Source: Acidimicrobiia bacterium
GTDB taxonomy: Bacteria > Actinomycetota > Acidimicrobiia > IMCC26256 > PALSA-610
Direction: 5' to 3'
Assembly: GCA_027494135.1 (NCBI GenBank)
Contig: JAOSJK010000012.1
Location: 546,795 to 610,794, forward strand
DNA: 64,000 bases
Shown: positions 48,721 to 59,781 of the stretch, one piece after another
Layout: the number at the start of each line of letters is the position of its first letter
Position numbering within the stretch: the stretch's first letter is position 1
Program-made: the position numbers and the translations under genes
Notes under the pieces: model-generated
Database searches by the model: none
Told to the model about the DNA's origin: nothing
What the model saw: the letters and a program-made list of their open reading frames with translations, nothing else

Positions 48721-51700
48721 TCAGCGGAAGTCGCGGGAGGAGAGCGCGCCGGAGAGGCTGATGGGGAGGCGGGTGATCCGGCCGGCGACGAGGTTCGTGA
48801 CGCCCTGGTGGCGCTCCAGCACCCCGCGCACCCGCAGCGCGGGGGCGCCGCGGGCCACTGTCCGGAACCGCTTCCAGGTGCCCTTCGCACAGATGACGTT
48901 CATGAGGCCGGTCTCGTCCTCCAGGTTCAGGAAGACCGTGCCCTTGGCGGTCGAAGGCTGCTGGCGGTGGGTGACGATCCCGGCCACCTCCACGACGCTG
49001 CGGTCGGGCAGCCCTCGCAGATCGGCGGCTGTGACCACCCCCTGGCGCGCGAGCTCGTCGCGCACGAACTCGGTCGGGTGACGGGACGGCGAGAGCCCCA
49101 TCGCCCACAGGTCGGCGGCGAGCGTCTCGGGCTCGCTCATCCCCGGCAGCGTCGGAGCGTCGACGCCGGTCACCACTCCCGGCAGCGTCTCGGTGACCGT
49201 GCCGTCGCGATGCACCTCCGGACGAGCGGTGCCGAGAGCCCCCGCCGCCCACAGCGCAGTGCGGCGCGACTGGCCGAAGCACTGCTCGAACACCCCTGCC
49301 GTCGCGAGCGCCTCCACCTGGTCGACGGTCGCACCGGTCCGGCGCACGAAGTCCTCGAGATCGCCGAACCGCCGCAGCGCGCGCTCGTCGTCGACACGGT
49401 CGAGGAGCGCATCGTGCAGGCCGCGCACCGAACGCAACCCGAGCCGTACCGCCAGGTGAGACGGCTCCGCGCACCAGCCGCGCAGAGGACGCCCGACCGG
49501 CTCGACGTGGTCGGGACGCGGCTCGAGCGTCGCGTCGCGTCGCGAGGCGTCGAGGTCGGGGCCGAGTATCTCGACGCCGTGACGTCGGGCGTCGCGCACG
49601 ATCGTGTGCGGCGAGTAGAACCCCATCGGCTGAGCGTTGAGGAGTGCCGCCGTGAACTCCGCCGGGTAGTGGTACTTGATCCATGCGCTCGCATACACGA
49701 GGTACGCGAAGCTCACCGGAGTGGCTCTCGGGAAAGCCGAAGTCGGCGAACGCCTCGAGCTTTCGGGAGATCTCATCGGCGGTCTCGCCGGTTATGCCGT
49801 TGGCGGCCATGCCGTCCATGAGTCGCTGCCGCATCTTCGCCATGCGCGAGTGCGATCGCTTCGAGCTCATCGCCTGGCGGAGCTGATCGGCCTCGGCGGC
49901 ACTGAACCCTGCGACATCGATGGCCATCTGCATGAGCTGCTCCTGGAAGAGCGGCACACCCAGCGTCTTGGCCAGGCAGCGTTCGAGCAGCGGGTGCGGA
50001 TACGTGACGGGCTCCTCGCCGTTACGTCGTCGGAGGTACGGGTGCACGGAGCCGCCCTGTATCGGGCCCGGCCGGATCAGGGCGACTTCGACCACCAGGT
50101 CGTAGAACGTGCGCGGACGCAGGCGGGGCAGCGTCGCCATCTGCGCCCGGCTCTCCACCTGGAAGACGCCGACGGTGTCGGCAGCGCAGAGCAGGTCGTA
50201 GACCTCGGGCTCCTGCGGGATCGTCGCGAGGTCCACCTCTACACCCTCGTGCTCACGTACCAGATCGATGGCGAGGTGCAGCATCGTGAGCATGCCGAGC
50301 CCGAGGAGGTCGAACTTCACGAGACCGGCGGCGGCGCAGTCGTCCTTGTCCCACTGCAGCACCGACCGCCCCTCCATGCGCGCCCACTCGATCGGGCAGA
50401 ACTCGACGAGGGGCCGGTCGGCCATCACCATCCCACCAGAGTGGATGCCCAGGTGCCGCGGGAAGTCGAGCACCTGGCCCGCGAGGTCGAGGGCGAGACG
50501 TGGGATCGCGGGCGGGCGGGTGGCCGGCACCGACGGCCCCGTCAGGGCGGCGCCGTCGCGCATGCGGTCGCGCTCGCCCCGCTCGAAGCGGCGGTGCGTG
50601 GCGCCGTCATGCGCACGTGCGGCGGAGACGCCGCAGGCAGCACCATCGTGTGCGCGGCCCCCGCGCGTCCGTCGCCCTCGTCGGATGCCAGGGCGGTCTC
50701 GGCCAGCTCGGAGAACGCCTCGGGACCGGCGGCCCAGCGATCCACCCAGCGCCCCAGCGCGTCGGCCTGGCCGGGGGCGACGCCGACCACCTTCGCCATC
50801 TCGCGCAGCGCCGAGCGCGGCCTGTAGGTGATCACGTTCGCCACCTGAGCGGCGCGCTCGCGCCCGTAGCGCTCGTACACGTACTGGATCACCTCTTCGC
50901 GCCGCTGGTGCTCGATGTCGAGGTCGATGTCGGGGGGCCGTCGCGCTCGGGCGAGAGGAACCTCTCGAACAGCAGGCCGAGGGCGACGGCGTCGGCCTTC
51001 GTGACGCCGATCGCGTAGCAGACAGCGCTGTTCGCAGCGCTCCCCCGCCCCTGGCAGTAGATGTCGGACAGGTGGCAGAACTCGACGATGTCGAAGAGCA
51101 CCAGGAAGTAGCCGGCGAACCCGAGATCCTCGATCACCGATAGCTCGTACGCGAGCTGCCGCTGCGCCTGCTCGTGCTGCGGGTGGCTCGGCGGGTAGTA
51201 GACGGCGCCGCCCCGCCTAACGAGCTCGCGCAGCCAAGACATCTCGCTGTGGCCCTCGGGCACCGGGTAGTCGGGCAGCATCGGGGCGGCGAGGCGCAGG
51301 TCGAAGGCGCACGCCTCCGCGACCTCGGCGGTTCGCTCGACAGCCCCGGGCCAGCGTGCGAAACGTCGCGCCTGCTCGGCCGGCGAGCGGAGGTGCGCCA
51401 GGGGCGACGCCGGGAGCCAGCCGTCGAGCTCGTCGAGTGGCCGGCGCGCGCACCGCCGCGAGGGCGGTGGCCAGGGGCCGCTGCGCGCCGGTCGCGTAGT
51501 GGACGTTGTTCGTGGCGACCACACCGGCCCCCGCGGCGAGAGCGACCTCGGCCATGGCGTCGTTGCGGTGTCGGTCGAGCGGGTCGCCGTGATCACTCAG
51601 CTCGACGAGCACCCGATCGGCACCGAAGGCGTCGAGGAGCCGGAGCAGCTCATGGCGGGCCGCCGACGGGCCGTCGGCGGCGAGCGCCCGTGCCACGACC

Positions 51701-52179
51701 CCCTTGCGGCAGCCGGCGAGGACGAACCAGTGGTCGTTGCCCCGGGCGGAGGCCCCACCGGTGACGTGCACCGGGGCACGTGACGCCGCGGCGAGATCGG
51801 CCATGGTGGCGCGGGGGGCGCCCTTCTCACCGGCGAGCTGCGCCTCGCTGATGGCCCGGGAGAGCCGGGCGTACCCGACGGGCCCCTCGGCGAGGACCAC
51901 CAGGTGGTCGCCGGGCGGGTCGGCCACCCCGCCCGGGGTCCTGACCGCCCCGAGGGTGATCTCCGCCCCGAAGACCGTGGGCAGGCCGAGCGGCCGGGCG
52001 GCCTCGGCGAAGCGGACGACCCCGTAGAGACCGTCGTGGTCGGTGATCGCCAGCCCGGCCAGGCCCAGGCGCGCCGCCTCCTCGACCAGCTCCTCGGGGT
52101 GGCTGGCACCGTCGAGGAAGGAGAAGTTCGAGTGGCAGTGCAGCTCGGCGTAGGCCGTCATCTCGTCTACCGCCGCCAT
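48721..52179 (-). pseudogene. dnaE2: Error-prone DNA polymerase III alpha subunit DnaE2; at least four frame breaks
   Basis: PHP N-terminus (YAELHCHSNFSFLDGAS) from ATG 52179. Successive pieces lie in ORFs 51217..52179, 50889..51596, 50542..50892, 48590..50563 and 48721..49776. Breaks are near 51450, in the G6 run 50932-50937, in 50560-50640, and near 49720. Confidence 0.9.
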
Positions 52180-52185
52180 CCCGTC

Positions 52186-52221
52186 GCCGTGATTTCCGCC
52201 GTGATCCCCGCCGTGATCCCC
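52186..52221. repeat. 12-bp tandem repeat x3 (GCCGTGATTTCC / GCCGTGATCCCC x2) immediately 5' of dnaE2
   Basis: It sits 7-42 nt upstream of the dnaE2 ATG (52179) on the gene's strand, between the start codon and the LexA box. Confidence 0.85.
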
Positions 52222-52276
52222 CTACGGGCCCTCCGGGACTTGCACGAGCGGTACCGCAGCGGGGGTTCGATGTTAC

Positions 52277-52290
52277 CGAACACCTGTTCG
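52277..52290. promoter_or_regulatory. LexA (SOS) box upstream of dnaE2
   Basis: CGAAC-ACCT-GTTCG matches the actinobacterial consensus TCGAAC-N4-GTTCGA. It lies ~100 bp upstream of the dnaE2 start. Confidence 0.8.
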
Positions 52291-52413
52291 CTCGACAACC
52301 CCCGGGTCGCCCGAGACCCGTCGGGCTCGAGCCGGGGGCAGACGACGTGACCACTTCCACCAAGGCGTCAAGACGCCCTCAAGGGGGCCTCGGATGGCGA
52401 CGATACCGACCCC

Positions 52414-53315
52414 GTGCGTGCCAATCTCTCCCCGCGCCCGATCCGCCGGCCACCCGGGACGGATCCGGCCTCGACCCCGGAGCCGCTCACCTCGCGCCCC
52501 GAGCGGGCGCGAGGCCTCAGGCTCGCGGCCCGCGTCGCCGTGGTGGTGCTGGCATCCACGATGCTGCTCTGGACCGAGCTGACGCCCTCCGGGTGCCGCC
52601 GGGCCGCCGAGGCCCTCCGCCTACCTGTACGGCGACTCCCTCGCCCGGGAGTCGGCCGACTACTGGGAGATGCTCGCCACCGATCTCGGCTACGAGGCCA
52701 AGCAGAGCACCTACGGCGGGACGGCACCCTGCGACTTCCTGAGGACGTTCCGCAAGGACATGCGCCGCACGACGCCGAGGTACGTGGTCGTGGCCTTCAC
52801 GGGGAACAACATGACCTCCTGCATGGCCGACGAGGCCGGCGAGGCGCTGGTCGGCGACGCCCTCTACTCCACCTATCGCCGGGACCTGAACCGCTACGCG
52901 CGCATCGCCACCCGCGCAGGATCGACGATCGTCCTCGTGGGCCCACCGGAGTCGCGTGGTCGCGACGCCGGCCCCATGAACGAGGTGTACAAGACGATCG
53001 CCGACAGGTACAGGGGCGCTCTGTACGTCTACGGCGGCACCTACCTGACCCCGCGACGGCAGTTCCGGGCCACTGCGCCGTGCCTCTCGGGCGAGACCCC
53101 GGACCGGGGCTGCGGGCCCGACCACCGGATCAAGATCCGCAACCCCGACGGCACCCATCTCTGCCCTGAGCAGCCCGACGGGTACTCGCGGTCGTTCAGC
53201 GGCTGCCCCCGTCTACGCAGGCGGTGCGATGAGGTACGCCGAGACGCTCGTGTACGAGCTACCGCCGGCAACCTGTCGCCTCGTCTGCCTCGACGGCCGC
53301 GGCAACGGCCGGTGA
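52414..53315 (+). pseudogene. Secreted SGNH/GDSL-family hydrolase; two frame breaks
   Basis: The signal-like N-terminus is in ORF 52414..53169. The core (YLYGDSLA...VVVAFTGNN...IVLVGPP) is in ORF 52670..53359. The C-terminus (GCPVYAGGAMRYAETLV...*) is restored by a shift in the C5 run near 53205. The first break lies in 52583-52620. Confidence 0.65.
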
Positions 53316-53349
53316 CGGACCCCGCCGTTCCGCGGGGGCACCCGGCCCC

Positions 53350-55055
53350 TCAGTCGTAGAGGGCTTCGACACCGGCGCGACCGGCCTCGACCGAGATCAG
53401 GCAGGCGATCTCGCCACGCGATCCGGCATCGACGACCACCTGCCACAGCACGCGGCGACGGCGACCGGCCGGGTCCCACCAGCGCACGTCGTGCGGCCAC
53501 GGCCCCGCCCAGCCGCGCACCTCCCCCCACCGCCGGGGAGCACGCCGGCTCGTAGGAACGCCGGTGGCGCCGACGCCTCGCCGCGGCCCGTCACGACCAC
53601 GGGCCCACCGGCCGAGTCGAGGAGATCGGCGGGCAGCGGCGGCTCGAAGACGCGCGCCGGCGACGGCCGCGGCACCGCACCGGGCCAGCCGGGCCTCTCC
53701 CCACCGACGGAGAGCGGGAGCACCGGCTCCCGCGGCTCGCCCCATGGCACCCACCGCACGCTCTCCCCGGCGTGCGGCCCCCTGGGGGACCGCCGTGACG
53801 ACCGCGTCGTGACCGAGCATCCCCTGCACCCTGGCGAGAACCCGATCCGCCCGGTCGTGGACCACCTGGTCGCCGCCCCAGAACCCGAGCTGCCGCCCGT
53901 CGGCCGGCAGCACCTCATCGGGCACTATGCGCAGCAGCCCGATCGCAGAGGTGAGCGCCGCGTCTGCAATGACGGCTGCGTCCTGCCGGGCGCGCGGGTC
54001 ACCGAGGGCCGCCACGTCGCCGTCTCCCGAGCGCGCGGCGAACCAGCCGTCGAGCTGCCAGCGCACACGCTCGGCGAGTGCCGCCGCCGTGAACGCGCCC
54101 TCGTGACGCCAGCACCGGGCCAGGCGCTCCCCGTGCTCGGTCTCGGCCTCGACCATCACCCGCGTGCACACCAGGCCGCGCTCCCCCAGCCGCGCGAGGA
54201 GCCGGTCGGCGAGGGCCTTCGCCGCGAACGCCGCCGTGTCTACACGCGTCGCGGGCGGGTCGAGCTCGATCTGCTCCACCAGGTCGGGGGGAGGTTCGGT
54301 GAGCGCCAGCGACGCGTCGTCGAGCCCCCGGGCCAGGCAGTGGAGCCGGTGCCCCTCCGGGCCGAAGCGCTCCGCCACCGCTCCCGGAGGGAGCGCGGCG
54401 AAGTCGCCGACGGTGGGCAGGCCCAGGCGCTCCAGGAGGTCGGCCGTGGCCGGGGCGCCCAGGACTACCACCGGGAACGGGGCGACGAACGACGCCGACC
54501 CGCCGGGGGCGACGACGAGCGCCGCAGGGAGCCCCGAGGCCTCCGGCCGGGCGTTGCGAGCCGCGAGCTGCGCGGCGAAGCGGCCGTCGGCGACCCCGAC
54601 CCGCACAGGCGCAGCCGCGACCGCCGAGACCGCCGCGTGGACCGCAGCGTGGACCATCTCGGCCAGGGCCCGGTCGCCGCCGAAGTAGCGCGACGGGCCG
54701 CGCGTGGCGAAGGTGAGGAGGCCCGGCCGGACGATCTCGACCCGGGGGTGAACCCTCGACGGCACGGACGACCGCCTCGAACTCGGCGGCCTCACCATGC
54801 GGGTCGGCGTCTACCACCACCAGCCCCGGGCAGCGGGCCTCGGCCTCCCTGCGTCGCATCCCGCCCACCACCCCCTCGGCGCGCCTCGGCCGAGGCGGCC
54901 CGCACGGCGTCGCGACCACCGGCGCGCTCCCGCACCACCACCGCCACGCCGCGAAGGCCCGGGTCGCGACGGCGGGCTGCGGTCACGGGCCATCCGGGGC
55001 TCCACACGCAGCAGGAGCGCGTCACGACCTCCGGGCCCGCGCCGTCACCCTGCAC
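53350..55055 (-). pseudogene. imuB: ImuB (Y-family polymerase-like mutasome subunit); at least four frame breaks
   Basis: Pieces lie in ORFs 54792..55055, 53999..54919, 53350..54798 and 53397..53918 (VWSPGWPV..., GMRRREAEARCPGLVVV, RPGLLTFATRGPSRYFGG, C-terminal ACLISVEAGRAGVEALYD). Breaks are near 54890, 54750, 53790 and 53530. The exact start (55025-55055) is uncertain. Confidence 0.8.
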
Positions 55056-55755
55056 GGGCCAAGGGGGCTACCTCGCCGCTGCGGGCGCCGTCACGGCGCT
55101 CCACGCCGACCCGCAGCGCCCGCGGAGCGAGCAGTCCGGAGCCGGCGGTGAGCCCGGGCCAGGGGGATCCCTCGGCGACCATGCGCAGCGCCGCCTCGAC
55201 CGGCCACGCTCCGGCGCGACCCGGGGCCCCGGCGGTGGGAGGCGCCTCGAGCGCGACGAGCACCGCTGCGCGCTCACGGGCCCGGGCGGCGAGACGGCGG
55301 GCGTCTCCCGGCCGCAGGCCGGTCGGGACCGTCGCTACCACGAGCGCGACACCGTCGAGGAGGGCGGCGACCACCGTCGCCCACCGCCCCTGTGGGACCC
55401 GGCGCACGAAGGCGCAGCGGTCGAGCGAGACCCCGGCCTCCGCGGCCGCCGCCCCGCCCAGCGTGGAGCGGGGGTCGACGAGCGCGGCCCACTCACCCGC
55501 AGCGGTAGCGGCCGCAGCGAGGTGGAGCACCAGCGAGGTACCACCGTCGCCGACCGCCCCGCCGACGGTGACGACCGACCCGCGCCGTAGCCCTCCCCCC
55601 GGCAGCAGCGCACCGAGATCGCCGGCGACGGGCAGGGTTCGATCGGCGGCGGCGACGGCGGGCCGCACCTCGCGGGCCAGCACCTCGAGGCGGGAGCGAG
55701 AAGCAGGGTCCCTCCCGGGCAGGGAGGCCCGTTCGGCGGCGGCGAGGCTCACCAC
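55045..55755 (-). CDS. imuA': ImuA' (RecA/SulA-like mutasome accessory protein)
   Basis: Intact 236 aa with a GTG start at 55755. It has a degenerate P-loop region (GAVGDGGTSLVL) and takes the canonical position upstream of imuB, overlapping it. Confidence 0.7.
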   Translation of the reverse strand: MVSLAAAERASLPGRDPASRSRLEVLAREVRPAVAAADRTLPVAGDLGALLPGGGLRRGSVVTVGGAVGDGGTSLVLHLAAAATAAGEWAALVDPRSTLGGAAAAEAGVSLDRCAFVRRVPQGRWATVVAALLDGVALVVATVPTGLRPGDARRLAARARERAAVLVALEAPPTAGAPGRAGAWPVEAALRMVAEGSPWPGLTAGSGLLAPRALRVGVERRDGARSGEVAPLARAG

Positions 55756-55765
55756 TCGACTGTAG

Positions 55766-55779
55766 CGAACAGGTGTTCG
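55766..55779. promoter_or_regulatory. LexA (SOS) box upstream of imuA'
   Basis: CGAAC-AGGT-GTTCG lies 11 nt upstream of the imuA' GTG. It is near-identical to the dnaE2 box. Confidence 0.8.
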
Positions 55780-55937
55780 CTCTGCAAGGGGTGTGGCCTC
55801 ACGGGCACCGCCACCCGGCGCGCCCCTCCCGACGGCTACCAGACCCAGCGGGTGGCCCCCACACCGGCAGAGCGCCGCTGGTGTCGGGCACCCGGCCCGC
55901 TGTCACCCGATTGACTGTCACACCCCTGTGCGATCAT

Positions 55938-57227
55938 ATGTTCGTGACACAGAGACCCATGACCCATCGACCGGATCTCCAGACGTTCCGATCTATCGGC
56001 GACGCGCTCGCGGGCCTGGTCGGCGTCCTCGACCCCGACCTGGTGCCGCTACCCGAGGCCGCCCGCTGGTGGGAGGCCCTGGACCGCATCGAGCGCCTCG
56101 CCGCAGGAGCCAAGACCCTCCTGGCCCGCCGGGTGGAGGAGTCGGGTGCCTGGGAGCGCTCGGGGGTGCCGGTCCGCTGCCGAGCACCTGGCGCGGGTAT
56201 CGGGGACCGGCGTCGGTCGCGCCCGTGACCAGCTCGCGGCGTCGAACGCGCTCCCCGGCCTCCCCGCCACCGACTCCGCGCTGCGCACGGGGGCGCTCTC
56301 CGCCGCGCAGGTCGGCGAAGTCGCCTCCGCAGCCGCTGTGAACCCCGCCGCGGAGGGCCGGCTCCTCGATGTGGCCGCGCAGGCGAGCATCTCGGTGCTG
56401 CACACCGAGGCACTTCGCGCCAGGGCTGCAGCCGACCCCGACGACACCTACCGGCGCATCAACCGGGACCGACGCCTCAGGATGTTCACCGACGCCGAAG
56501 GCGCATGGAACCTCCACGCCCGCGGCACCCCCGACGCGGGAGCGCGCATCCGAGCCGCTCTCGAACCGCTCATCGACCAGATCCTCGCGACGCCCGCCGA
56601 CGCCGGCAGCCAGATCCCCACGACGCCTACGCGTTCGACGGCCTCCTCGCGCTCGCAGAACACGCGCACCACGAGCCCCGCCAGCCCGGCACCGACCGCC
56701 GGTACCTCGCGCTGCTGCGCATCGACCTCGACGCACTCACCCGCGGGGCGACCGAGGGCGACGAGACGTGCGAGATCACCGGTATCGGCCCCATCCCCGC
56801 ACGCGTCGCCCGCGAGCTCCTCGGCGAGAGCATCATGAAGCTCGTCATCACCCGCGGCGTCGATGTCGCCAACATCACCCATCCCGGCCGCGGCCCCACC
56901 GCAGCGCAGCGCATCGCCCTGCTCTGGCAGTCGCCCGGATGCAGCGTCGAAGGGTGCGCCCGAACCCGAGTCGAGATCGACCACCGGGAACCGTGGGCCG
57001 CCACCCACCACACACGCCTCGACCGGCTCGACCCTCTCTGCGCCCACCACCACGACCAGAAGCACCGCCGAGGATGGGCTCTCACGCCGGGCACCGGGCC
57101 CCGCCCCTTCGTCGCACCCCACGACCCACGCCACCCCCGCAACACAGACAGGGCCGGCAGGGCCGACACACCCCCACGCCCCACCCTGACCCGGCCCCGG
57201 GGACAGCTGCGCCCGCTAGGCGGGTGA
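55938..57227 (+). pseudogene. DUF222 + HNH endonuclease (REP13E12-type family); two frame breaks
   Basis: Pieces lie in ORFs 55773..56228, 56146..56838 and 56505..57227. The C-terminal HNH region reads CSVEGCARTRVEIDHREPW...LCAHHHDQKH. Breaks are near 56170 and 56610. Confidence 0.75.
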
Positions 57228-57584
57228 GCGCGAGGCCTCGAGGGCGAGCTCCTCCGGGGTCATCGCGCGGGCCTCGGGCGACCAGCCGGCGTCGTCCCCG
57301 TAGTAGTGGAAGAGGTGCTCGATCACCTCGAGCGCCCTCGCCTCCAGCGCGGACCAGGCCCCCGGCGCGGCCTCTGCGATGACCACGTTCGAGTACGCGG
57401 TCACCCCCGTCGCGCCCGCCTCGATGAGACGGCGTGCGAGCACGTCGACGACGCGCTTGCCTGCAGCAGCCTCGGCCGACGCGTAGCGCTCGATCCCCAT
57501 GCCGGTGATCGAGCGGTCAAGGTCGAAGATCATGACCTCCGGCCGGGAGCCGGGGCGGGACTTGGCGGTGATCGTCTGGCCCAT
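57216..57584 (-). CDS. Hypothetical protein
   Basis: Only the C-terminal ~120 aa of ORF 57216..58220 look protein-like (ATG 57584, or 57533). No family is recognised. Confidence 0.4.
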   Translation of the reverse strand: MGQTITAKSRPGSRPEVMIFDLDRSITGMGIERYASAEAAAGKRVVDVLARRLIEAGATGVTAYSNVVIAEAAPGAWSALEARALEVIEHLFHYYGDDAGWSPEARAMTPEELALEASRSPA

Positions 57585-57680
57585 GCGGCCCAGCGTAGAG
57601 CGCCCACCACCCGCCGAGGAGAACCGCGGTCCGCGCCGGCACCGGCCGTACTCTGTGCCGGAGCCCAAGGGACGGGAGCG

Positions 57681-58833
57681 ATGGACGACGCGCAGACGGC
57701 CGAGGCACCGGCCGGCCGAGACCGGGACCGGATGCCGGGGTGGATCCTGCGGGCGGTCCTGCTGTTCTGGATCGCCTACGCGTCGCTGCGAGTCGTCGAG
57801 AGCGTCCTCCACGCGCTGCGCGGGCTCATCATCACGGTGCTGGTCTCGCTCTTCCTCTCGTTCGCCATCGAGCCCGCAGTCAACTGGCTCGCTCGGCGCA
57901 ACTGGCGGCGCGGGCCCGCGACCGGTCTCGTCTTCCTCGCCCTTCTCTCCGTGACCGGCCTCTTCGTCACGGTCATGGGCTCGCTCGTCGTGAACCAGGC
58001 GCGACTTCATCGACGAGGCACCTGCATACGTGCAGGACATCGAAGACTGGGCCAACGACCGCTTCGACGCCAACATCGAGTTCGACGACGTGATCTCAGA
58101 CCTCAAGGATCCGCAGGGAACCGCCAGGCAGTTCGCGAACGACCTCGCCGGCAACGTCGTCAGCTTCAGCGTCCGCGCTCTCGGGGTGGTCTTCCAGATC
58201 TTCACGGTGATCCTCTTCACCTTCTATCTGGTCGCCGACGGCCCGCGGCTGAGGCGCGCCATCTGCTCGGTGCTCCCACCCGACAGGCAGCGCAACGTGC
58301 TGCGCGCCTGGGAGCTAGCCATCGAGAAGACCGGCGGCTACCTCTACTCCCGCGTCCTGCTCGCCGGTCTCTCGGCCCTCGCGCACTGGATCGCCCTCAG
58401 CATCATCGGCGTCCCCTACGCCCTCGCCCTCGCGCTCTGGGTCGGCGTGATCTCGCAGTTCATCCCCGTCGTCGGCACCTACCTCGCGGGCGCTCTCGCC
58501 GTGCTGATCGCGGTCCTCAACGATCCCGTCGACGGGGTGTGGACGCTCGGTACCGTCGTCGTCTACCAGCAGATCGAGAACTACCTCTTCGCGCCGCGCG
58601 TCACCGCGCACACGCTCTCGATCCATCCCGCGGTCGCGTTCGCGTGCGTGATCGCCGGCGCCGGGCTCATCGGCCCTGTCGGCGCTCTCCTCGCACTACC
58701 TGCCGCGGCGGTCATCCAGGCATTCATCTCCACCATCGGCGAGCGTCACGAGGTCGTCGAGTCCGAGCTCACCGCGGATAGGACGCGCCGGGCGCGCGGA
58801 CGACCTCCGCCCGAGCTCAGCCCGGAAGGCTGA
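57681..58833 (+). pseudogene. AI-2E family (PerM/YhhT-like) transporter; one frame break
   Basis: ATG at 57681 in the frame of ORF 57306..58781 (TM-rich N-terminus). It continues in ORF 58030..58833 (VGVISQFIPVVG, YQQIENYLFAPRV). The break is near 58000. Confidence 0.75.
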
Positions 58834-58858
58834 CGCCGCCACACCGAACGACAGCTGG

Positions 58859-59581
58859 TCAGACCGGGAAGAGGCGGGCGTCTGCCTCGCGGTGCAGGCT
58901 CGGCCACGGCAGAGCGTCCATGAAGACCCACGACCGCCTGTGGATCGTGCAGGGTCCATAGGCGTCGAGTGCGACGCGGTGCACCGGCGCCGGATAGCCC
59001 CGGTTCGACTCGAACGAGTAGGCGGGAAAGTGCTCCGCCTCCTGCGCCATCAGGTTGTCGCGGGTGACCTTGGCGACGACCGACGCAGCAGCGACCGAGA
59101 GAACGGTCGCGTCACCCTTCACGACGGTCACGACGCGCTCCCCCATGCGCAGGTAGTCGTGCCTGCCATCGAGGATGATCCGGTCCGGTTCTAGGCCCTG
59201 CGCGGCGAGCGCGTCGAGCGCACGACCGGCAGCGACGCGCAGCGCCGCGGTCATGCCGAGGCGATCGCACTCGTCGTGACCGGCGTGTCCCACGCCGACC
59301 CCACGTGCCCAGTCGAGTACCGCGCCCGCACTGACCTCACGCGCAGCCGGCGCGAGCTGCTTCGAGTCGCGGACCCCGGCGAGGTGCTCGTCGGGCGGTA
59401 CGACAGCGGCGACGGTGACCGGCCCGGCCCACGAGCCGCGGCCGACCTCGTCTATCCCGCACACGACCCGGTCGCCCGAGCGCCAGCACTCCCGTTCCTT
59501 GCGCAGCGTCGGGCTCGGGTCCTGGCGCGGCTTCTCGCGCAGCTTCTCGCGCAGTATCGGAGACGTGCCGTGCGGGGCCAC
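58859..59581 (-). CDS. rnhB: Ribonuclease HII
   Basis: Intact 240 aa. Motifs: CGIDEVGRGSWAGPV, DSKQL, ILDG..., AASVVAKVTRD. Confidence 0.9.
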   Translation of the reverse strand: MAPHGTSPILREKLREKPRQDPSPTLRKERECWRSGDRVVCGIDEVGRGSWAGPVTVAAVVPPDEHLAGVRDSKQLAPAAREVSAGAVLDWARGVGVGHAGHDECDRLGMTAALRVAAGRALDALAAQGLEPDRIILDGRHDYLRMGERVVTVVKGDATVLSVAAASVVAKVTRDNLMAQEAEHFPAYSFESNRGYPAPVHRVALDAYGPCTIHRRSWVFMDALPWPSLHREADARLFPV

Positions 59582-59781
59582 CCGCCGACGCTACCCTCCG
59601 CAACCCTCTCAGGGTCGTCTTCCACGGGGGCTACGCGGGATCCGAAGATGCAGGTCGCCCTCGTATCCGCCGGACCCGGTGCCGCGCTACGGTCCGGTGC
59701 CGCTACCGTCCCGCGTCACCGGCGGTGGCACGCGGGACCCGAGCCACTCACCTCGAATGGTCACGACCAGGGGAACACGAC

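Noticed and set aside
50932-50937. Programmed ribosomal frameshifting or recoding as an explanation for the frame breaks.
   Set aside because: The breaks occur in 19 unrelated genes in both +1 and -1 directions. They have no shared slippery heptamer or downstream structure. Many sit in simple G/C runs typical of indel errors.
55567-55581. A sixth exact GGG-N6-GTCACC match (minus strand: GGGTCGGTCGTCACC).
   Set aside because: It lies inside the imuA' coding sequence and has a GC-rich spacer, unlike the five intergenic sites. About one or two such matches are expected by chance in 128 kb of two-strand sequence at this composition.
55911-55939. A sigma-70-like promoter (TTGACT-N17-TCATAT) before the DUF222/HNH gene.
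   Set aside because: The -10 candidate overlaps the first ATG and matches the consensus poorly. Without transcription-start data it cannot be supported.
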